Assembly (NCBI GenBank): GCA_030390025.1
Contig: CM059432.1
Coordinates: 48,300,001 to 48,364,000 of the forward strand
Length of the DNA stretch: 64,000 bases
Source: Squalus acanthias
Taxonomy: Eukaryota
Direction of reading: 5' to 3'
The first letter of the stretch is position 1; each line of letters starts with the position of its first letter. The notes beneath the pieces were generated by a model, which was given only the letters and a program-made list of their open reading frames with translations, searched no databases and was not told where the DNA came from. Below, piece after piece: positions 35,726 to 48,920 of this stretch. The position numbers and the translations under genes were made by a program.

Positions 35726-38700
35726 TTACATAGGATATATGGCACAGAAACAGGCCATTCCGCCCAACCAGTCCATGCCGGTGTTTATGCTCCGCACGAG
35801 CCTCCTTCCGTCTTTCCTCATCTAAATCTATCAGCAGAACCCTCTATTTCCTTTTCCCTCATATGCTTGTCTAACCTCCCCTTAAATGCATCTATACTAT
35901 TCGCTTCAACCACTCCCTGTGGTAGCGAGTTCCACATTCTCACCACTCTGGGTAAAGAAGTTTCTTCTGAATTCCCTATTGGATTTCTTGGTGACTATCT
36001 TACATTGATGGCCTCTAGTTATGTTCTTCCCCACAAGTGGAAACATTCTCTCTGTATCCACTCTATCAAAACCTTTCATAATTTTAATTAGGTCACCCCT
36101 CAGCCTTCTTTTTTCCCCTCGAGAAAAGAGACCCAGCCTGTTCATCCTTTCCTGATATGTATACCCTTGCATTTCTGGTATCATCCTTGTAAATCTTCTC
36201 TGTACCCTCTCCAGTGCCTCTATATCCTTTTTAAAATATGGTGACCAGAACTGTATGCAGTACTTTAAGTGTGGTCTAACCAAGGTTCAATACAGGTTTA
36301 GCATAACTTCCCTACTTTTCCATTCTATCCCTCTAGAAATAAACCCTAGTGCTTGGTTTGCTTTTTTTTTTATGGCCTTGCTAACCTGTGTCACAACTTT
36401 TAGTGATTTGTGTATTTGTACGCCGAGATCCCTTTGCTCCTCTACCCCACCTAGACTCGCACCCTCCAAGTGATAAGTGACCTCCCTATTCTTCCTACCA
36501 AAATGTAATACCTCACAGTTATCAGTGTTGAACTTCATTTGCCAATTATATGCCCATTCTGCAAGTTTATTAATGTCCTCCTGTAATTTGTTGCAGTCCC
36601 TTTTCGTTATTGACTATCCCCCACCCCCGCCCCCCCGCAATTTGGTGTCATCCGCAAATTTAGAAATTGTGTTTTTGATTCCCAAGTCTAAATCGTTAAT
36701 GTAAATTGTGAACAGCAATGGTCTCAGCACTGATCCTTGTGGAACACCACTACCCACCTTCTGCCACTGTGAATAGCTACCCTTTACTCCTACTCTGTTC
36801 GTTCTGTCCTGAAGCCAGCCAGTAATCCATTCTGCTACTTGTCCCGACTCCGCATTCTCTGACTTTGTTCATCAGTCTATTATGGGGTACTTTATTGAAG
36901 GCCTTTTGAAAATCCAGATAAATTACATCTACTGCATTACCATTGTCTACTCTCTCTGTTACCTCTTCAGAAAAATCAATGAGGTTGGTCAAGCAAGACT
37001 TTCCCTTTTGAAATCCACGTTGACTATTCATTATTTTATTTTTGGTTGCTAGATGTTCTTCTATTTTCTCTTTAGTAGAGATTCCATTATTTTTCCTACC
37101 ACCGATGTTAAGCTGACTGGTATATAATTCCCTGGACATGTTCTATCCCCCTTCTTAAATATCGGTATTACGTTAGCTATCCGCCAGTCCTCTGACACTA
37201 CATCTTTTCTAACAAATTATTAAATATGCGTAGTAATGCCTCTGCTATCTCTTCCCTAGATTCTTTTAAAATGCGTGGATGCAATCCATCCGGACCAGGG
37301 GTTTTATCCTCTTCGAGTTTGATTAGTTTATTTAATATATTCCCTTTTTATTTTATTTTAAATGCACTTATCTTATTACTAATCTTATCATCCAATGTCA
37401 TGTCCACCTGTTCTATCTCCCTGGTAAATACTGAAGCAAAATAATTATTTAATATTTCTGCCATCTCTCTTTCGTTACCTGTGGTATTATCCCGTCTATC
37501 CCTTAATGGCCCTATTCTCATCCCAACCTTCCTTTTTTTATTGATGTGCCTGTAAAATATTTTACTATTTTGTTTTATGTTCCTTGATAATTTAATTTCA
37601 TAGTTCCTCTTTGCCTCCTCTCCTAATCTTTCCGTATTCTACCTGATCATGCACTCCCCTGCTGTCTATGTATTTCATGTATGCCTCTTTCCTTACCCTC
37701 AATTGTTCCCTTATGGCTTTATTCATCCATGGAGTCTCATTATTGTTTAGCTTGTTCTTTCCTTTTAGCAGAATATATTTTTCCTGCACAGTGTTTAAAT
37801 GTTTCCTATTGCTGTTCTACATCGTTGTTTGCCAATATTGTTGCCCATTTTTTCCCCTCAAGGGGAGACCTTATTGAGGTGTATAAAATTATGAGGGGCA
37901 TAGATAAAGTGGCTAGAAAGGACCTATTTCCCTTCGCAGAGGGGTCAAAAACCAGGGAGCACAGATTTAAAGTAATTGGTGGAAGGTTTAGAGGGGATTT
38001 GAGGGGATATTTCTTCACCCAGAGGGTTGTGGGGGTCTGGAACTCACTGCTTAAAAGGGTGGTAGAGGCAGGAACCCTAACCACATTTAAAAAGTACTTA
38101 GATGTGCACTTGGGATGCTCTAACCTGCAGGGCTACGGACCAAGAGCTGGGAAGTTGGATTAGGCTGGATAGCTCTTTGTTGGCCGGCACGGACACGATG
38201 GGCCGAAATGGCCTCCTTCCGTGCTGTAACTTTCTATGATTCTATGAAGTTTTATTCTCAGCCCGTCAAAATCAGCTTTTCTCCAAATCTATTAACCTGG
38301 TTTTCGTCATACTTATGTCCTTCTCAATTATCATCTTAAAGCATATTATATTATGGTCACTATTGCCTCGATGTTCCCCTACCTTTACTTCTCTTATCTC
38401 CTCTGGTTCATTCCCCATTACTAGATCCAATAGCGAATCCTCCCTTGTTGGGCATTTTACATATTGGGTTAGAAAGGAGTCCTGTACACATTGTAGGAAC
38501 TCCATTTCCTTAACCCCTTTACCTACTTCTTCTGTCCAATGAATATCGAGGTAGTTGAAATCCTCCATGATTATTATTCTATGTTTTTTACTAATTTCCC
38601 TAATTTGTCTGCATATTTTTTTCCTCCATCTGCCTATTTGTGTGATTGATCCTTTATTATCTTTTATCTCTATCCATATGGATTCTATTTTTGTTTTGCT

Positions 38701-39075
38701 GATATCTGCGTCACTATTTTCTACTGCCATTATGTTATCCCTAATTAGTACAGCTACTCCACCTTTTTCCCTCCCTATCCTTTCTAAATATGTTATACCC
38801 TGTAATGTTTAATTCCCAGTCCTGATTTTTCTGTAGCCATGTCTCAGTAATCCCTACTATGTCTGGTTCCTCGCAACGCATGATTGCCTCCAGCTCCCCT
38901 GTTTTATTATGGATACTGTGTGCATTGCTGTACAGACAGTTTAACTCATTTTTAATAGGATTTCCTCTCACTTTATGTTTAACCATCTTTTTAGACTCCT
39001 GTTCTATAACTCTATTTATTCCCTTGCCATCAATGTCCTCCCTTACTTTATTCTTTCCTATGCTCTTTTCCTGTT
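35726..39075 (-). mobile_element. CR1 LINE with endonuclease and RT remnants
   Basis: CLYSNAHSIHNKTGELEA...DIVGITETW; IYLDFQKAFNKVPH; CR1 3' tail. Confidence 0.9.
37855..38247 (+). mobile_element. CR1 3' fragment (innermost element of nest)
   Basis: RGDLIEVYKIMRGIDKV...FFTQRVVGVWNSL and tail ttctatgattctatg. Confidence 0.88.
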
Positions 39076-41346
39076 TTGTTTATGGACTTCTTTGTCTCTA
39101 AGATTGCAACCATCCGTTCAGTTGCCTCTGCCACTTCCCTTCCTTCCCCTAGCCCACTGGGCCAAACTTCCTCTAAGGTTCCCCCCTGCCCTAGCCCTGA
39201 ACTCACATCTTTCTCTAGTTTCTCTCCGATCTCCCCTCATGACCTCTCCGCGCTCATCTTGTCCATGAGACCCACTTTCTGCTCCCACCAAACTGCTGAC
39301 CGCCCAACTTCCTTTTCTGGCTCCCATGTTAGCTGACATTGTTAGCGGTTCGCTCTCTTCAGGTACTGTTCCTCTTTCCCTCAAATCTGCCATCATCACC
39401 CCTCTCCTCAAAAAACCAATCCTTGACCCCTCCGCCCTTGCAAACTACCGCCCCATCTCCAAAGTCCTTGAACGTGTTGTCGCCTCTCAAATCCGTGCCC
39501 ATCTTTCCCGCAATTCCATGTTTGAATCCCTCCAATCACGTTTCCGTCCTTGCCACAGTACCGAAATGGCTCTCATCAAAGTCACAAAGCTGAACTATCC
39601 CTCTTCGTCCTTCTTGACTTGGCGCAGCCTTTGACGCGGTTGACCACTCCATCCTTCTCCAACGCCTCTCCACCGTCGTACAGCTGGGTGGGACTGCACT
39701 CGCCTGGTTCCATTCATCTATCTAATCATAGCCAGAGAATCACCTGCAACAGCTTCTCTTCCCGCTCCTGCTTCGTTACCTCTGGTGTCCCCCAAGGATC
39801 TATCCTTGGCCTCCTCCTATTTCTCATCTACATGTTTCCCCTTGGCGACATCATCCGAAAACACTGTCAGTTTCCACATGTACGCTGATGACACCCAGCT
39901 CTACCTCACCCCTCCACGGTCTCTAAATTGTCAGACTGCTTGTCAGACATCCAGTTCTGGATGAGCAGAAATTTTCTCCAATTAAACATTGGGAAGACCG
40001 AAGCCATTGTTTTCAGTCCCCGCCACAAACTCTGTTCCCTAGCCACTGACTCCATCCCTCTCCCTAACATCTGTCTGAGGCTGAACCACACTGTTCGCAA
40101 CCTTGGGGTCATATTTGACCCTGAAATGAGCTTCCGACCACATATCTGCAGCATAACTAAGACCGCCTATTTCCACCTCCGTAACACTGCCCGTCTCTGC
40201 CCTTGCCTCAGCTCATCCACTGCTGAAATCCTCATCCATGCCTTTGTTACCTCTAGACTCAACTATTCCAATGCACTCCTGGCTGGCCTCCCACATTATA
40301 CCCTACGTAAACTTGAGGTCATTCGAAACTTGGCTGCCCTTGTCCTAACTTGCATCAAGTCCCATTCACTCATCACCCCTGTGCTTGCTGACCTACATTA
40401 GCTCCCGGTTAGGCAACACCTCGATTTCAAAATTCTCATCCTTGTTTTCAAATCCCTCCATGGCCTCGGCCCTCCCTATCCCTGTAATCTCCTTCAGCCC
40501 CACAACCCCCCCCCACCCTGCCCACCCGAGATATCTGCGCTCTTCTAATTCTGCCCTCTTGAGCATCCCCGATTATAATCAGTCAACCATTGGTGGCCGT
40601 GCCTTCTGTTGCCTAGGCCCTAAGCTCTGGATTTCCCTGCCTAAACCTCTCTTTCCTACTTTAAGATACTCCTTAAAACCTACCTCTTTGACCAAGCTTT
40701 TGGTCACCTGCCCTAATTTCTCCTCATGTGGCTCGGTGTCAAATTTTCTGTCTTATCATACTCCTGTGAAGCGGCTTGGGACGTTTTACTACGTTAAAGG
40801 CGCTATATAAATACAAGTTGTTGTTGTTGCCTTTTCATTTTTCCTACCAAAGTAGACAACTTCACATTTCTCCACATTATATTCCATCTGCCATGTTCTT
40901 GCCCACTCACTTAACCTGTCTTATATCCCTTTGTAGTCTCTTTGCATCCTCCGCACAACTTACTTTCCCACCTAGCTTTGTATCATCAAAGTTAGCAAAC
41001 TTGGATACATTATACTCGGTCCCCACATCTAAGTCATTGATATGGATTGTAAATGGCTGAGGCCCAGGCACTGATGCTTGCGGTACCCCACTAGTTACGA
41101 CTGCTAACCCAAAAATGACCCATTTATTCCTACTCTCTGTTTTCTGTCCATTAACCAATCCTCAATCCATGCTAATATATTACACAAAATTAGAGCTCAT
41201 GGGATTGGGGGTAATAACCTCTTGTGTGGTACTTTATCGAATGCTTTCTGAAAATCTAAATACACTACATCCACTGGTTCCCCCTGATCTACCCTGCTAG
41301 TTACAAGCTCAAAAACTAACAGATTTGCCAAACACAATTTCCCTTT

Positions 41347-41807
41347 CAGCCGTGGCTCAGTTGGTAGCACCCTCGCCTGAGTTAGAGGGTTGTGGGTTCA
41401 AGTTCCACTCCAGAGACTTGAGCACAAGAATCTAGGCTGACACTCCAATGCAGTACTGAAGGAGTGCTGCACTGTCGGAAGTGTCGTCTTTCAGATGAGA
41501 GTTTAAATCGAGGCTCCGTCTGATCTCTCAGGTGGACGTAAAAGATCCCAAGGCATTTCAAAGAGATGGGGAGTTCTCCCCGGTGTCCTGGCCAATATTT
41601 ATCCCTCAATCAACATCATTAAAAAAAACAGATTATCTGGTCACCATCACATGGCTGTTTCTGAGAGCTTGCTGTGCACAGATTGGCTGCCACATTTCCC
41701 ACAGTACAACAGTGACTACACTTCAAAAAGTACTTCATTGGCTGCAAAGCGCTTTGGGACGTCCTGGGGTCGTGAAAGGCGCTATATAAGCGCAAGTCTT
41801 TCTTCTT
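41347..41807 (+). mobile_element. Deu-domain tRNA-SINE (SacSINE1-like) with L2-type tail
   Basis: A/B boxes (tggctcagttgg, ggttcaagtt), Deu-like ggtggacgtaaaagatccca...ggtgtcctggccaatatttatccc, and tail gaaaggcgctatataa. Confidence 0.8.
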
Positions 41808-42129
41808 TACAGGATGCTCTTCTGCAATTAGTGCTATGGGCTATTTTTTTTAAACTTTCACCTGAGCAGGTGGTTGGGGCCTTGGCTTCGGAACAGGAGT
41901 AGGCCATTCAGTTAGATCATGACTTTCTTCTTAAAAAATAAGCGAGAAAAAGCTTCTCAAGATTCGGTTACTGAGTTGTGAGGAAGAACACCTGGGCTGA
42001 GACATCTGGGTGGTGTTCACCAGTGACAGTAAAGCAGCAGCTGCGGCGAACACCTGGCCGCAGACTGATTACACGGGGGAGGGGTGTTTTTTCTGCACAT
42101 GTGCTGGCTCAGCTCCCTGCCACAGGGTC

Positions 42130-42545
42130 CTTCACTTGCCCCTCCCCTCCAGTGGTGCCCGGAGCGCAGCGCTGCGCCGCCCAGTCAGTGAGCTGACCTG
42201 TTTGAGGTCCAACACCCCGTCCTTCGCCTCCTGCAGCAGCGACACGAATCTGGTGGTGAGCAGCCCCAGGCTCTTCTCGTGCCGGCTCGCGCCCCTGCTT
42301 CCATTGCCAGCGCCGTTCAAAAGGCTCGCGTCACGGCCGGACTCGGCCATCGCAACCGGCGATTGTGACGTTGCAACAGCCAACGAAGGAACCAATCAGA
42401 CGCCGCGGGGCCGGCTGGCCACCGTTTAAAATCCAGGAAGTGACGTCTGTGGCAACACCATGGCAACCGAGGAGCACAGACTCTACCGGCGACAGTCGCT
42501 GAATGGTTAATGCACCCGCGCCCGGCCTGCGGATAGTGAGCTGCA
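42130..42545 (-). promoter_or_regulatory. CpG-island promoter of E2F5
   Basis: CpG-rich stretch over exon 1; CCAAT at 42392, CAGGAAGTGACGTC at 42434-42447 and GGCAAC half-sites at 42451 and 42462. Confidence 0.75.
42198..42350 (-). CDS. E2F5: E2F5 exon 1 coding part
   Basis: [56 protein letters not shown] donor and good Kozak context (GCGATGG). Confidence 0.95.
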
Positions 42546-42792
42546 AAAATGTTTAATTAAAATAACTCTACAAGTTGAAACGGATTTTGTTACACTATTA
42601 ATGTTTCCCAGGTTTAAAACACCTTAGTTACCCAGTCAGTTTTCACATATATCCTGCCGACGCCCAGCTCTACCTTACCACCCCCTCTCTCCACCCTCCA
42701 CTGTCTCTGAATTGTCAGACTGCTTGTCCCACATCCAGTACTGGATGAGCAGGAATTTTCTCCAACTAAATATTGGGAAAACTGAATCCATT

Positions 42793-43324
42793 GGCCCGGA
42801 TTTTCCGGGGCCTATAACCGCGTACAAGCGTACGCCATCGTTAGTGCCCTGCAAGTTCCAGGTTTCCACGTGCGCTGCAATGCGCATGTGCGAAAACCCG
42901 GAACTTGCGATGTGTCAAGTTTCAGCTTGACAGACCGTACGAATCCGCAGGAAAAGGACATTCACTGACGGAGAGTTGGGTTATTTGCCCAACTACTGCC
43001 CAGCGAATGCCCACGAAACCCTTACACCTGGTAAAAGCAGACATAAGGCCATCTTTTACCAGCGTAAGGGTTTAAATAAATATTAAAATACATTTTTTTT
43101 AAATGATTTAACCATACAAAAACCTTTAAAATTAGTTTAGGTTATTTTTGGCCCCTTGAAAAATGTTTAAACTTGTTGGAATACGTGGGCCTTTACGCAG
43201 GCGTACGCCTGCAGGCCCAGGAGCGCAAGACTTCGAAGCTCCGGAGGCACCAGATAGGTGCGGAGTTCACTTGCAGTTTGGAGGCATTCCACCGCGGGAA
43301 GCCTCCGACCACAATTTCCAGCCC
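42793..43324. mobile_element. Harbinger-type MITE inserted in an L2 fragment
   Basis: Ends ggcccggatttt and aatttccagccc; flanks ATT/ATG; L2 sequence continues on both sides. Confidence 0.7.
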
Positions 43325-43374
43325 ATGGTCTTCGGTCCCCATCACAAACTCCATTCCCTAGCCACAGACTCCCT

Positions 43375-44205
43375 GGGCTGGATTTTCAATGACCGTGGAG
43401 TCGGGTTTGGAGGCGGTGGGGGGGTTAAAGTTGCAGACTCGGGGGTCCCGACCCCATCTCGCCTCCATGCCAGTTTCTCTGGCGGCGGGTACCCGACCTG
43501 TGCTGAAACCCGACTCCCCGAGGCGGGAAAGGATTAGTGACAATTAACTGCCTGTTAATAGGTAGTTAACAGGCAGTTTTTTGCATAATCCCTATTTTAA
43601 AAAGAAAAGTGTGGGCTTCCCGACAGGTGGCAACCACGCCAAGTTATCGGGGCGGGCCGTGGGTCTGCAGGGGTTGGAGGGGTCGATATGTCCGGTGGGC
43701 AGGTGAGTGATGGGTGCATGTGTGCAGAGGTAAGTGTGTAAGGTAAGTGCTAAGTGTTGGAAAAAGTTTTACTTACCTTAACTTCCTCCTGCAGGTGTCA
43801 GCCCTTCAGTTCTCGGGAGTTAGAAATCTCACCGGCACAGAAAGCAGAAAGCCGTGGTTCTGTCAAAAACTGCAGCCTTCTGTTTTCTGTGGTGGAATGA
43901 TTTCTAACTCAGCCTGAGAGGAAGGACTGAAGTTAGAAATCATATTGTGAGTGTTTGACAGCTTCACAGAGCTGTCAAACGCTGATATTTCATCTGTCAA
44001 AAGCTCTTGACAGATGCAATGTCAGTCTGTGACGTCACCTGTTGCCGGGTGGCCCTTAATTGGCCTGCTGAGCCCACTGGGCGGGCTCAACAAGGTCAAT
44101 CAAGGGAAAATACAGTGGGTTGGCCACATCTCGATGGAGGCGGGTTCATAAGCCAGAATGTGTGATTCCTGACCCCAACCCGACCCCAGTTTCAAAATCC
44201 AGCCC
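43375..44205. mobile_element. Harbinger-type non-autonomous element inserted in the same L2 fragment
   Basis: TIRs gggctggatttt and aaaatccagccc with a 3-bp TSD CCT. Confidence 0.75.
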
Positions 44206-45364
44206 CCTATCTCTGTAACCTCCTCCAGCCCTAAAACTCTCCAAGATATCTGCGCTCCTCTAATTCTGGTCCCTTGAGCATCCCTGATTATAATCGCTCC
44301 ACCATTGGCGGCAGTAGCTTCAGCTGCCGAGGCCCTAAGCTCTGGAATTTCCTCCCTAAACCTCTCCGCCTCTCTCTCTCTCCTCCTTTAAGACGCTCCT
44401 CAAAACCTACCTCTTTGACCAAGCTTTTGGTCATCTTCCCTAATTTCTCCTTATGTGGCTTGGTGTCAAATTTTGTTTTATAACGCTCCTGTGAAGCTCC
44501 TTGGGATGTTTTACTACATTAAAGGCACTATATAAATACAAGTTGTTGTTGTTGATAGGCTCAACCAGTTGGGTCTCTAAACTTTAGAAAATAACAGACC
44601 TTCTGCGACTGGTGTGCACTGGAGGGACTGGAGTGCATAGTCAACACCAGGAACAACATTATGATTTAATTTGATAAGCGTCCTTTTGTTTTACTTATAA
44701 TTTGGAGTTTATTGTTTATGCCCCTTTTAAAAAGGGGGTACTTTTTAAATTTGATTTCGACTGATGACACCTATGTCATTCTAATTGCCATTTTATAAGA
44801 GTTAGAAAAGCATAGACTCATAGGGTGATTTGATGAGGTTTATAAAATAATTAAGGGCCTTGGTTGTGTTTATGTAGACCAGTAATTGCAACTGAATAGG
44901 CTAGGGAGGACCACAGGCCACCCTTGCATCTCTTTAACATCATCCAACCATATACCATTCAAAGTATAATTATTTAGTTTTATATTTAAAAACCAAAATA
45001 CTACCTTTCATTCAGAGACAATTCAGCCCATCGTGCCTGTACCAGCTTTTTGAAAGAGCTATCCAATTAGTCCCACTCCACTGCTCTTCCTTCATAGCCG
45101 TACAAATTTTTCCTTTTCAAGTATATATCTAATTCAATTTACTACGGAATCTGCTTCAGACAGTGCATTCCAGATTCTAACAACTTACTGCATAAAAATA
45201 TTTCTCCTCATCTCCCCTCCATTCTTTTGCCAGTTGATCTTAAATCTGTGTCCTCTGGGAGGGGGGAGGGTGTGTGGAGAATGAAATATGAAATTTTATG
45301 TGTATAATGAGTCTTATGAGCCCCATGGCAACGACCTAATGTATCCTATGCCATGTAAAATGAG

Positions 45365-46430
45365 ATAAGGGTAGCTATTCACAGTGGCAGAAGGTGGATA
45401 GTGGTGTCCCACAAGGATCAGTGCTGGGACCACTGCTGTTCACAATTTACATTAACGATTTAGACTTAGGAATCAAAAACACAATTTCTAAATTTGCGGA
45501 AGACACCAAATTTGATGGGATAGTCAATACTGAGGAGGACTGCAACAAGTTACAGGAGGACATTAATAAACTTGCAGAATGGGCATATAATTGGAAATGA
45601 AGTTCAACACAGATAAATGTGAGGTATTACATTTTGGTAGGAAGAATAGGGAGGTCACTTATCACTTGGAGGGTGCGAGTCTAGGTGGGGTAGAGGAACA
45701 AAGGGATCTAGGAGTACAAATTCACAAATCACTAAAAGTTGCGATGCAGGTTAGCAAGGCCATAAAAAAAGCAAACCAAGCACTAGGGTTTATTTCTAGA
45801 GGTATAGAATTGAAAAGTAGGGAAGTTATGCAAAACCTGTATCGAACCTTGGTTAGACCACACTTGGAGTACTGCGTACAGTTCTGGTCGCCATATTATA
45901 AAAAGGATATAGAGGCACTGGAGAGGGTGCAGAGAAGATTTACAAGTATGATACCAGAAATGCGAGGGTATACATATCAGGAAAGGATGAACAGGCTGGG
46001 TCTCTTTTCTCTTGAAAAAAGAAGGCTGAGGGGTGACCTAATAGAGGTCTTTAAAATTATGAAAGGTTTTGATAGAGTGGATAGAGAGAGAATGCTTCCA
46101 CTTGTGGGGAAGAGCATAACTAGAGGCCATCAATGTAAGATAGTCACCAAGAAATCCAATAGAGAATTCAGAAGAAACTTCTTACTCGCAAGAGTGGTGA
46201 GAATGTGGAACTCGCTTCCACAGGGGGTGGTTGAAGCGAATAGTATAGGTGCATTTAAGGGAAGGCTAGACAAGCATATGAGGGAAAAGGGAATAGAGGG
46301 TTATGCTGATAGATTTAGATGAGGGAAGATGGGAGGAGGCTCGTGTGGAGCATAAATGCCGGCATGGACTGGCTGGGCCGAATGACCTGTTTCTGTGCCC
46401 TATATCCTATGTAATGTAATCCTATGTAAT
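45365..46430 (+). mobile_element. CR1 LINE 3' portion
   Basis: [24 protein letters not shown] 45591-46322 and tail atcctatgta repeats. Confidence 0.93.
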
Positions 46431-48372
46431 AATGTAAACCTGCAGAGATATTTGCCCACTGAGGAATATCAGATCAAAATCTACATAAACTGACTCCACA
46501 CAAATACTTGGAAGGATCTAGTGTGCGAAAAAACATTAAGCAGTAGCAACTGTTACTTCACTACAACTGTTTATTAATGCATAAGCAGAAGACTCCACTA
46601 ATGGTGGAGGATGTGCCGATACTGCTGTCTGTAATGAAAGCCTTGCATGTCTCTGCAGAGAAGGTGGCTTTTAACAGAAGACAGGACATCACTACCAAAG
46701 GACTTGCTACTATCCAGGAAGCCCCCAAGTTTGAGAAAAGAGCTATAGAATTGCACCGATGGACCCTGAAAGGTAGCAGATGATGAAACAGGTGGGCAAG
46801 TACCCAGACGGTTCGTAGTTCTCTTCCGTTTACCTCCTGCCAATCCAAGTAATTCTCAGTGTAAACTCTGGTGACATTTCTTGGAAGATGAAAGTGCTGA
46901 TATATGTGGATAAGTACACCTTGAGTTCATTCTTGATTTGCTTTTATGATTGTCCTCCTGTGTCTTCCCAGGAACAACGCAGCAAGCAGACACCAGAACC
47001 TCCACATAATCTCCAGGAAGCAGCTCATCTGGTGCCCTGTCACAGTTCCAAAAATCCACTACCTCTATGCTGTCAAGCTGCTTGTTCAACATCCAATCTC
47101 AGATAAGCTGCAGTTTCATCCAACTAAACTTTGGGAAGACTGAAGCCATCATCTTCAACCCTCCCCACAAACTCCATACCCTTGCCATTGAATCCATCCC
47201 TCTTCCCTGCCAGTGTCTCAGGCTGAACCCGACTGTTCACAACCTCTGTTACCCTATTTGAACTCAAGCTGAGCTTCTGACCCCATATCCTCTGCATCAC
47301 AAAGAGTACTTACTTCCACCATCACAATGTTGCCTGCCTCCGCCTAACCTCACCCCATTTGCTGTTGAAATTCTCTTGCCAAGGCAATATTGCTATCTTA
47401 GACTTTGAATGTTTATTTTGTTAGTTATTCTGTTCAATGGTTAATAAGTTAAAAGCAGCAATCACTGTGCTATTGTATTACTTAAAATCAAGTTATTACT
47501 GTCCTTAGGATTTAGATTCTATAAATTTGTTCTACGTAAGGAACTACCATTGTATCTCATGTGGTATTGCTCACAGTAGGTCAGTAGATTCGCTATTTTA
47601 TAGGTTTATGCCATGTAGGGGATAACATCGGGCTACAGCATTAAAGTGATTAAGTCAAACTCCATTTTATATTAAAAAGTATTCTCTGATTTCTCCTGGT
47701 GCTTTGGGAATTGAATCCCAGAATTCTGTCCATTATTTTGTGAAAACTGTAATACATCAGTTAATCTCCCATGGTGTTGCACAGACTAGTGAAGACAAAG
47801 TGTAGCCTTGAGGAAATGGAATTGGAGGAAATATTTTGATCAGGGTATGTAGACTTAAGGGGCTAGAAATTCGCCTCCTTTGCGCCTCCCGTTAGCACCT
47901 CCGGGGGGCGATAACGGGGTGCTAACGACTTACCGCCCGGGCGCGGCGATAATACCGACGCCCACGAAATTCACCTGGCGGTTTGCGGCGGCGGAAACCC
48001 CTAGCACCACGCTCTCCCGCGCCCGGAGATCGTGACATCATCCGGCTGCACAGTGCCCCGGTAGCGCCCCGGACCCAAAATTTGGTTCCGCCCCCCTGCA
48101 GCATCGCCGGGCGATAACACCGACAGCTGCAGGAGGCGTCGTTCGGGAGGCCGGGCGCTTCGGGAGCGCTAATTAAAGGTAAGGCTGCTGGTCTGCAGAA
48201 AAAAATTGTTTCCATCCCTTAGGTTGCTGTTGAAAATTTTTTAACTGCCATGATTGATCAGCTCTGCACTCTGTTAGAGTGCTTGGGGCTGATCGTCACG
48301 GAGTCCGGCTGCCGTCAGCAATGAGGGACATCATTGAAATGCAAAGCCTGCAGCAATGGCCCTTCCCTTTAA

Positions 48373-48920
48373 AAATCAGAAGTCGCACAACACCAGGTTA
48401 TAGTCCAACAGATTTATTTAATTTTACAAGCTTTCGGAGCTGTTCGCTCCTTCTTCAGGTAAGGTAGCTGTGAGAGAATCTCCCAGAATTCACAATATAA
48501 ACACAGAAAAAATCTATTCAAATCTTTCCCTACATCAAAGACACACTAAGAGCACAGCCAAGACAATGAGATGTGTCCCAGGGGGTCCAACGTGTCAAAA
48601 CACCTGCTGGCTGCATATCCTCTCCATTAGTCTTTTTAAAACAAAACCTGGAAAGACCGGCCATGATGTCAAGTCACGTTCTGTATCGTGACATGAACCC
48701 GATATCGCGATTGAGGCCATCCTCATGAGTGCGGAACTTGGCTATCAGTTTCTGCTCTATGATTTTGCGCTGTCGTGTATCCCGAAGGCCGCCTTGGAGA
48801 ACGCTTACCCGCAGATCCGAGGCTGAATGCCCCTGACTGCTGAAGTGTTCCCCGACTGGGAGGCAACCCTCCTGCCTGGCGATTGTTGCGTGGTGTCCGT
48901 TCATACGTTGTCTCAGTGTC
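48373..48920 (-). mobile_element. Penelope-like 3' fragment (GIY-YIG C-terminus and terminal repeat)
   Basis: LPVGEHFSSQGHSASDLRVSVLQGGL...RKIIEQKLIAKFRTHEDGLNRDIG; 9-bp TSD tccctttaa at 48364-48372 and 48921-48929. Confidence 0.85.
48424..48462 (-). ncRNA. Minimal type I hammerhead ribozyme motif
   Basis: TTAC-CTGAAGA-A-GGAGC(GAACA)GCTCC-GAAA-GC-TT-GTAA. Confidence 0.65.

Larger units (their letters stand above)
34965..40829 (+). mobile_element. L2 LINE (pieces about 34965-35725 and 39078-40829) split by CR1
   Basis: Endonuclease-region sequence, then RT ([13 protein letters not shown]) and (GTT)n tail. Duplicated atgga(t/c)t at the split. Confidence 0.85.
34190..41346 (-). mobile_element. 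CR1 LINE (outer element of nest; pieces about 34190-34960 and 40830-41346)
   Basis: RT motifs in ORFs 34630-34929 and 40907-41158; the sequence is continuous across the nested L2. Confidence 0.8.

Noticed and set aside
41347..41420. tRNA genes at SINE heads (also 5840-5911 and 53660-53728)
   Set aside because: They continue into SINE bodies and LINE-derived tails, so they are tRNA-derived heads rather than tRNA genes.
10730..42350. Assignment as E2F4
   Set aside because: [48 protein letters not shown] and the LRRCC1 neighbour point to E2F5.
46561..47060. Coding-looking unique stretch upstream of E2F5
   Set aside because: All frames are short and I recognise no homology. BLASTX would be needed.
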